Origin: Giardia intestinalis
Lineage: Eukaryota
Direction: 5' to 3' (one strand)
NCBI GenBank assembly: GCA_000002435.2
Contig: CM018793.1
Length of the DNA stretch: 64,000 bases
Under the pieces are notes generated by a model. It was not told where the DNA came from. It worked only from the letters and a program-made list of their open reading frames with translations, and ran no database searches. Of this stretch, positions 30,692 through 39,813 are shown piece after piece; position 1 is the stretch's first letter, and every line of letters starts with the position of its first letter. A program made the translations under genes and the position numbers.

Positions 30692-33600
30692 ATGTCAACG
30701 ACGACCGGGCCTTCTAGCACACAATTGCCCACACTACCGCGTCCATACAGCTACATAGAGACATCTGCATCACACAAAGCGGACTCTTCTCATGCTACCG
30801 CCCGTAATACTGTCACAGGGGAGATTCTACTCTGCCAATTTTCCCGAGGCCCTCAGCTGGATGAGGCAGGTCGTTGGCTTTTACAACTTGATGCGCAGTA
30901 CATTTGTATGCTGCAGCATGCCAATCTTCTGTCCTATCGCTCCATATACTACGATCCTCCTTTGAGCACTTTGACCATTTTGACAGAGATCCCTGGCCAA
31001 AGCCTGTTATCTTTTTGCACTGAGCATTATGCTACCGCGGGGATCCTTCCGCCCGAGTGTATCCTGTGGCGCATCATAGCCCAGACCCTTTCGGTCTACC
31101 ATTACTTGCAGACCCAAGAGCTCTCCCTCTGCGCCTCTGAGGCCGCCCAATACCATTATTATATTATTCCAACTATGACAAACACATATGTGTCTGACAG
31201 CTCGTCATCTTTTTCTATCAAATTGTCATTCGTGGGCGCGACTCACAGTGGGCTAGACTATAGCATTACTCAACCGGAGGACCTATTGTTCAGGCAGTAC
31301 AGGCTGGCTGATGCCGAAAGCTTCTCTTTCACCCGCAGGACGAACGTGATTCTTAGCTTAAAGGCATTGGGCCTGCTTCTATATAATTTCATCTCGTTTG
31401 GAGCTTCCCACCAACTATCTACAGACCCTCTGTCTCAAGAGAAGATAGAGGACATATTAGACTCTGAACAATTTAGAAGCTACTCCCCGGAGTTCCGCAA
31501 GATTTTTTCACTCTTTGTGTCTCCAGGAATATACATTCAGGAGAATGCTATAGATATCACCCATAGTGACATAGATCTTCTTTCATTTTTATCTCATCCT
31601 ATGATTCTATCTGCATTAATAAAATTTGACAATATCAATCTACAATTAAGGTTGCAATCCGTTAAAAAATTATATTCAAAAATTAAAGCTGGGGCCCGAA
31701 AATGGCTGGCTAGGAAGGGCTTGCTTGTTAGGGGAGTCCTTGAAGACTCGGTGGTAGCAGGAGAGTCACGGACTAAGGGCGATAGCAACTCAAAGCAGCG
31801 AAAGGAAAAGCACCATAAGATGAAGGTAAGCTTTCATACTGACCTTTCTGTGCAGAATTATGACAAGAACAGTTGCATTGACCCCAGTGTAGCGTTGGCC
31901 ATACTAGATAATCCTGCTCCACTCGCAACTGACTTTGCTTTGTCTGCAAACATTACTTCAAATGATAACATAACTGAGAACAGGGCACCACAACCCCTAA
32001 CTTCTGATATGAGCTCTGCCTCATCAGGCTATTTTATCATTTCAAAGAAGTGTGACTGGAACCATTGCATCCGTGAGCTAAGAAAGGGGCGAATAAGGCC
32101 ATATAGGTATACTCGCATATTTATTAATCATGAGCCAATGCTCAGTGAGTATGACACCCTCAATAATAACGATCTGATGCCCGACACTTTAATGGAAGAA
32201 ACTAGTCTCTTTGTTAGCCCTTTGATCCTAGCAGCTCTAGAAAACGATGTAAAAGCAATCTCAGAATTTGCACCAAAATATGCAGGGTTGCGCTCTGATC
32301 GGGACGGAATGACGGCCCTCATGTTGGCTGCCGAAGCAGGACACATCGAGGCCACGCTTGAGTTGCGTAACTACGAGGCCTGCTTACGGAGCACTACCTT
32401 CGCCACTGCCATGATGCTAGCTGTTGCTGCGGACCAAACAGAAACAGCCAAGTGTCTTGTTGAATATGAGCACGGATCCACTGACAAGACCTTGCAAACC
32501 GCGCTACGTATTGCGGTTGATCGCGATAATATTGATATGGTGTTCCATTTGGCTAAATATGAGAGCGAGATAGGAGACCTGGACAATTACACACCACTTA
32601 TGTGCGCCATAGAGCAACGAAAGTATGACATTGCTAGGCTACTGGTTCCATATGCTAGTAGGTGCCAAACAACAGACAGACACAAAAAGACCGCTTTGCT
32701 CTTGGCGTTAGAGCAAGGTTACCTGGATTTGGCAGAATGCCTCATACCCCTTGAGGCGTGTCTTCAGGATGGCAATGGAACTACTGCTCTAATAGTCGCC
32801 ATTGAGCAAGGATATGTAGACATTGCCGGTAGGCTTGTTTTGGAAGAGCAAGGACTATGCGATAAAAAGGGCAGAACGGCACTTATGTACGCGGCAAAAA
32901 GAGGCTCACATGGATTGGTACACAAATTAGTGGATGCGGAAGCAAAGAGGCAAGACATCAAAGGTTTCACAGCTCTTATGGTGGCCGTGGCAAAAGAGCA
33001 TGTTGAGCTTGTTGACATCCTAGCACGCCACGAGGCAGGCCTTGCCAACAATGAAGGCCAGCGTGCTATAGATATCGCTATTCATAAAAATAACCAGGAG
33101 ATAATCTCCATTCTACTAGAGCATGAAGGACAATATCTTTCTCATGAAACTTTGCTAAAACTTCTCAAAACATTTCATAGTTCAGACATCCCCATCCTCC
33201 TTCGGCTCAGTACTCTCCTTCAGAAGCATTCCGCCCGCTTCTCTCTCGTCTTGTACGCGTCATCTCACAGCCTTAACGACCTATGCAGTCACATCCTTCA
33301 CTACCCGCAGCTGGTTGCTCGTCACGACCATCTTTATCTTGTAACATATCTTCAACGTACAAACAAAGACACAGAGAATGTCTGGAAGAGCTATTTTAAG
33401 GCTGTGAACACAAATCAGGCATTCAGGATTAATCATTTGATAATGAATGCCCGTCTTAGGAATAAGGAACTACACAGTTACATAGACGAAAAGGCCAGTG
33501 GCGTCCTTCGCTTTAAGATGTTCCTGGAATACGTTATTGTAGCCTCTGTGCAAAAGGAGTTCGAGCCGCTGGAGAAGTACTGCTCAAGCATGGCAGTGTG

Positions 33601-34084
33601 CTCAAAGCGTAAAGGCTTTGAGCGGCAGAAGGTTCCCATGCACGCTGTGGGAGACGTGTCCTTTATTGATTTGATGGTCTCCTCAAACCCCAATGGCAGT
33701 ATTCAGTCTCCAATGGAATTTCTCGCGCCTCGGCCTCCAGAACTCCGTCGTCCAGGGGAGTTTCCAGTCAAGAGCTTCTCTACTTCTCTAGCGAACATTT
33801 TGATAGACTTCTTATTGGAATATGCAACCACCCCCGTCGAGAGTCTCCCTCATCTCTGTGGAGTCTATGACGCTGCAGCTAATGACATGGCAGTGCTTGT
33901 GGAGGAGCTGGAAGGGCACAACCTTTGCTGCTACTGTCATGTACAGCCGATGTCACTGATTTACTGGCCTTGCAGGCACCTTTATGCGTGCTGTGACTGC
34001 GCCAGAAGCATTCAAAGACAGTGCTGCGAGATCTGCAGAGGGAAGATCGAGGGTGGAATCCCACTACCGATGCCGCACGACTAA
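30692..34084 (+). CDS. NEK-like pseudokinase domain + ankyrin repeats + C-terminal C3HC4 RING finger (1130 aa from the first ATG)
   Basis: The N-terminal ~280 aa are kinase-like but lack the glycine loop and HRD. The middle carries about 10 Giardia-style ankyrin repeats (G.TALM.A...G). The C-terminus reads CCYCHVQPMSLIYWPCRHLYACCDCARSIQRQCCEICRGKI, which is a RING. The ORF-track start is a TTG. The first ATG, at 30692, is preceded by TGCAATTAATAAA. Confidence 0.8.
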   Translation: MSTTTGPSSTQLPTLPRPYSYIETSASHKADSSHATARNTVTGEILLCQFSRGPQLDEAGRWLLQLDAQYICMLQHANLLSYRSIYYDPPLSTLTILTEIPGQSLLSFCTEHYATAGILPPECILWRIIAQTLSVYHYLQTQELSLCASEAAQYHYYIIPTMTNTYVSDSSSSFSIKLSFVGATHSGLDYSITQPEDLLFRQYRLADAESFSFTRRTNVILSLKALGLLLYNFISFGASHQLSTDPLSQEKIEDILDSEQFRSYSPEFRKIFSLFVSPGIYIQENAIDITHSDIDLLSFLSHPMILSALIKFDNINLQLRLQSVKKLYSKIKAGARKWLARKGLLVRGVLEDSVVAGESRTKGDSNSKQRKEKHHKMKVSFHTDLSVQNYDKNSCIDPSVALAILDNPAPLATDFALSANITSNDNITENRAPQPLTSDMSSASSGYFIISKKCDWNHCIRELRKGRIRPYRYTRIFINHEPMLSEYDTLNNNDLMPDTLMEETSLFVSPLILAALENDVKAISEFAPKYAGLRSDRDGMTALMLAAEAGHIEATLELRNYEACLRSTTFATAMMLAVAADQTETAKCLVEYEHGSTDKTLQTALRIAVDRDNIDMVFHLAKYESEIGDLDNYTPLMCAIEQRKYDIARLLVPYASRCQTTDRHKKTALLLALEQGYLDLAECLIPLEACLQDGNGTTALIVAIEQGYVDIAGRLVLEEQGLCDKKGRTALMYAAKRGSHGLVHKLVDAEAKRQDIKGFTALMVAVAKEHVELVDILARHEAGLANNEGQRAIDIAIHKNNQEIISILLEHEGQYLSHETLLKLLKTFHSSDIPILLRLSTLLQKHSARFSLVLYASSHSLNDLCSHILHYPQLVARHDHLYLVTYLQRTNKDTENVWKSYFKAVNTNQAFRINHLIMNARLRNKELHSYIDEKASGVLRFKMFLEYVIVASVQKEFEPLEKYCSSMAVCSKRKGFERQKVPMHAVGDVSFIDLMVSSNPNGSIQSPMEFLAPRPPELRRPGEFPVKSFSTSLANILIDFLLEYATTPVESLPHLCGVYDAAANDMAVLVEELEGHNLCCYCHVQPMSLIYWPCRHLYACCDCARSIQRQCCEICRGKIEGGIPLPMPHD

Positions 34085-34093
34085 GTATGTCGT

Positions 34094-34471
34094 TTACTGC
34101 TCGTCCAGCTTAGTAAGGAAGCTGTCGACGTCCCCACTGCTCATCCCCACAAAGTTGTGGATGACGCAAGCAGACGCGGGCACCACCTTTATGATCTTGT
34201 CGGAATCTGCAAGGCAGCGGACCTGCCCAGTGAGCTCCCCAAGGGTCCTGCGGGTGAACTTCTTGCAGAGGTGCACTTTGTATTCCTTGCAGAGGCACTC
34301 GACTATATCTGCGTACTGCTTCTCCTCACAGTCAGATGCGAGGAAGCAGATCTTGGCGCGCTTCCTTTCCAAATACTTGAAAACCTGACGGTGGCCGGTC
34401 ACGAGGCCGTCCATGTTGTGGATCCTCTTGAACGTCTCCTTAAGGAAGTTCTCTCTGGTCGTATCTGCCAT
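34094..34471 (-). CDS. RPS12: 40S ribosomal protein S12 (eS12)
   Basis: DGLVTGHRQVFKYLERKRAKICFLASDCEEKQYADIVECLCKEYKVHLCKKFTRRTLGELTG aligns with eukaryotic eS12 ([51 protein letters not shown]). The ORF-track start is a TTG. The first ATG is 34471 (MADTT...). Confidence 0.8.
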   Translation of the reverse strand: MADTTRENFLKETFKRIHNMDGLVTGHRQVFKYLERKRAKICFLASDCEEKQYADIVECLCKEYKVHLCKKFTRRTLGELTGQVRCLADSDKIIKVVPASACVIHNFVGMSSGDVDSFLTKLDEQ

Positions 34472-34594
34472 AGTTTTATGGAGAGTCAGCACCAACCATT
34501 TTAGTCCATAAAATTTCAAATTAAAGTAATTAAATTTTTTTATTAAACCGTGTTGATATTAAATCTCGTAAAGAAATTTAATCAAAGAAACTTA

Positions 34595-35761
34595 ATGAGC
34601 GCTGATGACATTTCCAGCGTTGAAGACATCTCTGGCGGTGTTCCGGCCACCAGCCAGACAGACAACAGTCTTATCGAAGCCTTTTCAGCAGTGACAGACT
34701 TGCCGTCCTTTTCTGTGTCTATCGACGTTTCTGACTCCTCGGAAACAAGCGGGTCGGACTCCACATATAACATTTCATTCTACTCGCGAACGCTAGGCCG
34801 GAAGAAATGCTTAAACATTAATAACTGTGTCTTGCGCGTTGCAGACGACAAACAAGATGACTTGGCCGCTGCGCTAGAGATCTTTCTAAAAGCTCGAGAC
34901 CCCCTCGCTAACCAGAAGTTCTACAACTACCCCAGCCTAGAATTTTATGTTGACCCAATTCACACAATTATACTCAAGGCAATAGAAGGGTCGTCTGGCC
35001 CCAAAGCAAGAATGTCTGACATTTATGCATTGTCTGCCCTACAGTGTGATCCCTCCTCATGCAGAACCGAGGACACACTAATGCGTACCAAGTTGGAGGC
35101 CATCTATCCATTGCTTTCGTGGGTTCCTCAACGCTCTAAGGCATACCTAGAGTCTATGTTGCCAGTTAGCATGAGTCGCCATTTGAACCTGCCGGCAAAG
35201 CTGTGCATGAGCCAGCCCCTGGGCCGAAATAATGATGAGTCCAACGAAGAAGTTGATGGCGAGGTAGACTGCATAAGGATTCAAATAGGTAATAAGATCC
35301 ATCCCTTTGAGAGAGTCACAAGCATACCCCATCTAGGAACCACCCTACTATCTAAGGCATACGTCGGCATTGATGATGAATCCCCTGTAATAGTAGAATT
35401 CGTCTGTCCAGTCTGCAGCATGGAGCTAAATGTGGATGAGGTAATTAAAGATCTTTTGATTGAACATGGAGTTTCACTGTTAGAGCGTCAAATAGAAGGA
35501 CTCGACCTTTCGGACCCGGATTTCCCAAAGGATAAGTACACTCTGTCTAGGGTAGAAAAGGCTAAAGAGATCAGCGTCCACGAAGCGGTAGGACATCTTC
35601 GTAGAGTCGTGAGTGATTCGCTGCGTGAGTACTTCTGTAGACATCTGGCGAAGGAGAAGTTGAGGCTTCAAGGCATAATGTGCCCCGACGAACTGATGGA
35701 GGGGCAATATAGGATATTCATGACAGAGCTTAAGAGGCGACTGGCAGAGGCATCTCTGTAG
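34595..35761 (+). CDS. Hypothetical protein (388 aa from first ATG)
   Basis: The ORF-track start at 34550 is a GTG. The ATG at 34595 sits at the end of a very AT-rich 120-bp region that it shares divergently with RPS12. I recognised no domain. Confidence 0.7.
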   Translation: MSADDISSVEDISGGVPATSQTDNSLIEAFSAVTDLPSFSVSIDVSDSSETSGSDSTYNISFYSRTLGRKKCLNINNCVLRVADDKQDDLAAALEIFLKARDPLANQKFYNYPSLEFYVDPIHTIILKAIEGSSGPKARMSDIYALSALQCDPSSCRTEDTLMRTKLEAIYPLLSWVPQRSKAYLESMLPVSMSRHLNLPAKLCMSQPLGRNNDESNEEVDGEVDCIRIQIGNKIHPFERVTSIPHLGTTLLSKAYVGIDDESPVIVEFVCPVCSMELNVDEVIKDLLIEHGVSLLERQIEGLDLSDPDFPKDKYTLSRVEKAKEISVHEAVGHLRRVVSDSLREYFCRHLAKEKLRLQGIMCPDELMEGQYRIFMTELKRRLAEASL

Positions 35762-35813
35762 AATGAGATAAGGCAGAAAGCTTCACCAGAGAGGTAGGGT
35801 AGGGACACCAGCT

Positions 35814-37925
35814 TCAATTCTGCGCATCCATCATGTCCAAAAGTGTAATTATCCCTGTGTATGTGCACACCACGTATAGGCCCACTATGTCGCAATCTTG
35901 AGTTCGTCTCAAGGGGCTTTCCATCCGTGCCTTGGGTGCCTTGGTGCCTGAGCCAGGTTTCTTGATTCCTCCGTCCAGGACAGACTCGGTGTCAATGAAT
36001 ATTGCCAGTATGCTCTCGAGTGTCTGGCCGGCCAAGATAATGGCGGCTTTGCTTTGAGTTGTATCTAGCAAGCTTTCCTTCAATTCTTCTATGCACACGC
36101 TGTCATTGTCCGTCGCTAGCTCAGTTGACTTCAGAGTATGCCCGTTTATCTTCATCTTCTGTTCCTGCAACTCCAAGAGATGGCGCAGAGCGATCCTAGC
36201 CTTTGATTTGACACTTAGATGGTTCAATATTATTCCTATCTGAGCGACATTCCTATCAGTGACATTTTTGGGACTGTCTCCCTCCAGGTCCAACGCTCGA
36301 AACAAGGACTCGTTTTGAAGTTCGCCACTCATAGTTTTCTCCTTTATCGCTTTCTGGATGAGAGAGTTCTCATTCATGGACGCTATGGTGTTTCTCACCC
36401 TTTCATTTAGCTCTGCAATAGTACTGCTGTACGTGTCATAGAGGGATAAGGCCCGTATGTACTTGATGCGGAACTTACTGTGATCAGCTGGTGATAAGAC
36501 ACGGAGCCTGCTCAGTGACGATTGCTTGATGGACACGGTCACTTGAGGAATCGCTAACATCAATGTTAGCAGCGAGGTCAGGCTTGGCTGCTTGGTGCTG
36601 GTCACGAGTGTCTGCGTTGAGAGTCCAGAGCAATCTAGCTGGATGTGCACGTGCCTGGGCAGCTTCACGCATGGAAGCACACTTGTCAGCTCGCCGATCT
36701 TCTCTTTAATAGTTTTCTTCGATAGAATTAATGGTAAAAATTCTATTAAGCATAAAATTTGTATTGATTCAAAGGTTTTTGCCTTATCACTTTGAAAGTC
36801 AGTGACGTCGTTTTCTCTTTGTAGGAGGTCAGAGACGTTGAGGTTGTGGAGGTGAAGATACTGTGCTATAAACTCTATGGCGAGCACCTGCAAATGCTGC
36901 CAAATGTTCTGCAAAGCTGAATGGCTTGCACAAGGAAGTAGAAACACGCCTTCTAGTTGTCTGAACAGGCGTAGTCGTTCTGCTAATTCCTTTTGGTAAT
37001 GTTTTGTTCTGAAGAGAGTCATCAGAAGGCCTACAAGTGACGACACCAAACTTGCACCTGTACCCAAATTAATAGTGACCACAATTGAAGGTTGGTGGTT
37101 CTTTTTATTCAGCTCGTCTACAGTAGTGAACCGGTACTCCTCTGTGACCCCTGTGTCGGCTAGGCCCTGGCTTTCTAGCAACTTTCTTACTTGATGGGCA
37201 TCTGGGTCTATCCCGCTCGCTGTAATGCCGGCGATAGGGTTGTAAGCGGAATCTATAGGGTAGGGTAGGTCACTTTCCAGTGTTGATTCCTTAATAGTAT
37301 AGGGTAATTCATCACATGTAGAGAGACGCACACCGGTCTTCTCAAGTTCTGCACAAAACTCTTCCTGCTTGGCTTCAACCTCTGAAGTGTTAAGAGCTAG
37401 ATGGCTCAGCTTGTTTAATGCGTTGCTCCGCAGCAGTGTAGTTAGTGATTCTACCAGCACTTTATCTTCGTAGAGTCCAGATGTTACCACTGTATACCCA
37501 GAGAGTAAGCTGTGCATGCATGAGCCTATGAACAGCCTAGTGGCATTCCACTTGTGATGGGACATGTGAGAAAATAGAGACGTAAATTCCGTTACTCTTC
37601 GATCGGACTGGACAGGCGTTAGCTCTCTCAGATAGCTTTCCCAATGTTTGCTCAGCACATCGAAGCCACCGACTGGACCTAGGGCCATGTCGCGCTTACT
37701 GGTCGCCTGCTTTCGGAGTTCTTGGGTTGCATCAGGTGCTGTAGATGGCTGGCTCTGGGTATGTGTCTCCTGTTGACCTTTAGCTTGTTTAGAATTGGTC
37801 GTCCTGCTGCTACGAGCTAGCTGCAAATTACTGTTGCATTCTGACAGGCTATATGTCTTTAGCTTACGCTGCGCGGCCTCGTCCCACGCAGCGTACCGTG
37901 CTCCTTCCAAAGTAAATATTGGCAT
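35814..37925 (-). CDS. Hypothetical protein (703 aa)
   Basis: Long ORF. The ORF-track start is a TTG, and the ATG is two codons in, at 37925. No family assigned. Confidence 0.75.
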   Translation of the reverse strand: MPIFTLEGARYAAWDEAAQRKLKTYSLSECNSNLQLARSSRTTNSKQAKGQQETHTQSQPSTAPDATQELRKQATSKRDMALGPVGGFDVLSKHWESYLRELTPVQSDRRVTEFTSLFSHMSHHKWNATRLFIGSCMHSLLSGYTVVTSGLYEDKVLVESLTTLLRSNALNKLSHLALNTSEVEAKQEEFCAELEKTGVRLSTCDELPYTIKESTLESDLPYPIDSAYNPIAGITASGIDPDAHQVRKLLESQGLADTGVTEEYRFTTVDELNKKNHQPSIVVTINLGTGASLVSSLVGLLMTLFRTKHYQKELAERLRLFRQLEGVFLLPCASHSALQNIWQHLQVLAIEFIAQYLHLHNLNVSDLLQRENDVTDFQSDKAKTFESIQILCLIEFLPLILSKKTIKEKIGELTSVLPCVKLPRHVHIQLDCSGLSTQTLVTSTKQPSLTSLLTLMLAIPQVTVSIKQSSLSRLRVLSPADHSKFRIKYIRALSLYDTYSSTIAELNERVRNTIASMNENSLIQKAIKEKTMSGELQNESLFRALDLEGDSPKNVTDRNVAQIGIILNHLSVKSKARIALRHLLELQEQKMKINGHTLKSTELATDNDSVCIEELKESLLDTTQSKAAIILAGQTLESILAIFIDTESVLDGGIKKPGSGTKAPKARMESPLRRTQDCDIVGLYVVCTYTGIITLLDMMDAQN
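37256..37269. repeat. Short interstitial telomere-like repeat (TAGGG)2TAGG. Further (TAGGG)2 copies lie at 35795-35804 and 40569-40578.
   Basis: The Giardia telomere unit is TAGGG. I count three 10-14 nt occurrences in 64 kb, where about 0.1 would be expected by chance. Confidence 0.4.
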
Positions 37926-37998
37926 ACTCAATTTACAATTCCGGAATTCTTGCTTTGGCTCATGAATTCACTTGCATATACATGAACAAGCCTAGCTT

Positions 37999-39591
37999 TC
38001 AGGGTAGCTTCTCACGGGGAAGGATGTTGCGCTTCAGTAGGGTTTTTGCCAGTCTCTTCATACGATAACGGACCTGAATGTCGGTTCTGCCCTTGACATA
38101 GTTGGCTATCATCTTCCACTGCCTTGGAGGGCAAAGCTTGACCGCCTCAATTAATGCATTATCGTCCTCAGGCGTCCATTTTCCCTTGACAATTGAGGGA
38201 TCCAGCACACGGAGCCAGTGCTGGCTGCACTGGTCCGCAGAGCGCTCGGGGAGATGTGGACATTCGCGGTGGACAAGCCTGGCGACGTTCTTCCAGTTTC
38301 TTGTGCCAAGGGCGGCGACAACTTTGATCAAAGCCTCGTCTTCTTCTGGTGCCCAGTTCGTGCACGGCTTCCTACGTATTACGTAATAGTCAGTTGTTGA
38401 AGAGTCGGACTCTGCATAGCCATCAGTGCCTCTATCATCCTCTGTGGCCTCTGGCGGGCCGGGAGGACGATAAGCGTCACTCTGGTCGTTAGCAGGCATG
38501 TGGAGTGAACCAGATGTAGGCATTTTCTTGCTCTTGGAGCACGCAGAGGCCAAGTCCTGCTTTGGTCTAGTCTTACCACGTTTGGCGTCATTAGGGAGGG
38601 TTGGAACGGCTCTAATACGCTCATCAATTATGGGGCCGTCTGTGTAGCTCTGTGGAAGCGGATACGCTCGCTGGCTCTGACCGTGGACTTTATGAGCATG
38701 TGTGCTATCTCTGCATCCTAGTTCGTTGGAGCCAGAAGAACACGTGGTGAATGAGGATAGTGTACTGCTCCCGTTGGCTGAAGGAAGAGACACGTCTCCG
38801 GTATCATAGCTGGTGCATGAGTAGGAGCAGTGTCCGGTGTCTTCCTGGAGGTCGTGAGATTGGATGGGCTTAGACTGACCACAATAAACTGGATTGCAGT
38901 TGACGTCGTCATGGAGAAACTCAGAGTGGGGATGGTAGTACTCTCCATAGTCGTGGCAGGTGGCGCCAAAAAAGTTTTGAGGATCATCATATGAGATATC
39001 TACCTGAGAACGCGCTATGTTTTTAATAGGGGAATTTAATTGGTCTACATGGATTACAGACTCCTTCGAATCCCCATACTCCTCAAATAATGGGTATTTT
39101 GTTGATAGCACAGTAGATCCTGTCTCCATGGGATCGTGAGTAATAACTCCCTTGACATTTGGCATGCCCGCGGAAGAATAGCTGGAAGGCATCGGAGTCA
39201 AGGCAGGTGGACTGTATACTACTCCGTGCCCGCCAAAGGAGATGCTTTCCTTGAAAGAGTAAGATAGGGAAGGCGAGGAAAGCTGTCCAGAGCAGTGCGT
39301 GATGTAGTAGCCGTTGTAATGAGGATGCTCAGACGCATTGACGTCGTAGACCTTTTGTGCTGTAGCTACCATAGGAGAGCGGAAAGGGCCAGCTGGTGCC
39401 ACGTAGCACGGAGAGATACGAGCCTTGAAGACGTGGAGCAGGTCATCATTAAAGTGGTCTACAGGATAGTTCTTAGAGAAGGGAGAGGAAACGGCAACAT
39501 ATCCTTGAGCAAACGGAGAGTGGACGCACTGTGGCGGAGTTGGCTGGGGTACGCGTTTCGGTGTTGATGGCTGAGAAGGTACCGGTAACAT
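37999..39591 (-). CDS. Myb-family transcription factor with C-terminal R2R3 Myb repeats (candidate encystation regulator Myb2 / Myb1-like)
   Basis: The C-terminus reads WAPEEDEALIKVVAALGTRNWKNVARLV...KGKWTPEDDNALIEAVKLCPPRQWKMIANYVKGRTDIQVRYRMKRL. That is two SANT/Myb repeats with the conserved W spacing. The N-terminal part is S/P-rich. ATG verified, and the upstream region is AT-rich. Confidence 0.8.
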   Translation of the reverse strand: MLPVPSQPSTPKRVPQPTPPQCVHSPFAQGYVAVSSPFSKNYPVDHFNDDLLHVFKARISPCYVAPAGPFRSPMVATAQKVYDVNASEHPHYNGYYITHCSGQLSSPSLSYSFKESISFGGHGVVYSPPALTPMPSSYSSAGMPNVKGVITHDPMETGSTVLSTKYPLFEEYGDSKESVIHVDQLNSPIKNIARSQVDISYDDPQNFFGATCHDYGEYYHPHSEFLHDDVNCNPVYCGQSKPIQSHDLQEDTGHCSYSCTSYDTGDVSLPSANGSSTLSSFTTCSSGSNELGCRDSTHAHKVHGQSQRAYPLPQSYTDGPIIDERIRAVPTLPNDAKRGKTRPKQDLASACSKSKKMPTSGSLHMPANDQSDAYRPPGPPEATEDDRGTDGYAESDSSTTDYYVIRRKPCTNWAPEEDEALIKVVAALGTRNWKNVARLVHRECPHLPERSADQCSQHWLRVLDPSIVKGKWTPEDDNALIEAVKLCPPRQWKMIANYVKGRTDIQVRYRMKRLAKTLLKRNILPREKLP

Positions 39592-39765
39592 TAGCAGTAC
39601 AGAGTAATTATTATTTTAGTAAGCTGTAGAAGAAGAAAAAATACATAGCCATAAAGCGTTCTATTGACGCCAGTGAAAATTGCAAGGAAGCGCAACTTCT
39701 TATTTCGCAGACTTACCCGTAATGGCGTTGACTGAAGAGAAAAACGTGAACAGCAAATGGAAACG

Positions 39766-39813
39766 CTACAGTGCATTGTTACAGACTACACTACAGTCGA
39801 TGCTATGTCTACA
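39766..39813. promoter_or_regulatory. Cluster of CTACAG-type (Giardia Myb2 consensus C[T/A]ACAG) motifs upstream of the Myb gene
   Basis: CTACAG occurs at 39766 and 39791, TTACAG at 39779, and CTACAA at 39808. Further CTACAG copies lie at 39997 and 40716. There is also a CTGTAG (CTACAG on the gene strand) at 39624, about 35 bp 5' of the Myb ATG. Confidence 0.4.
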
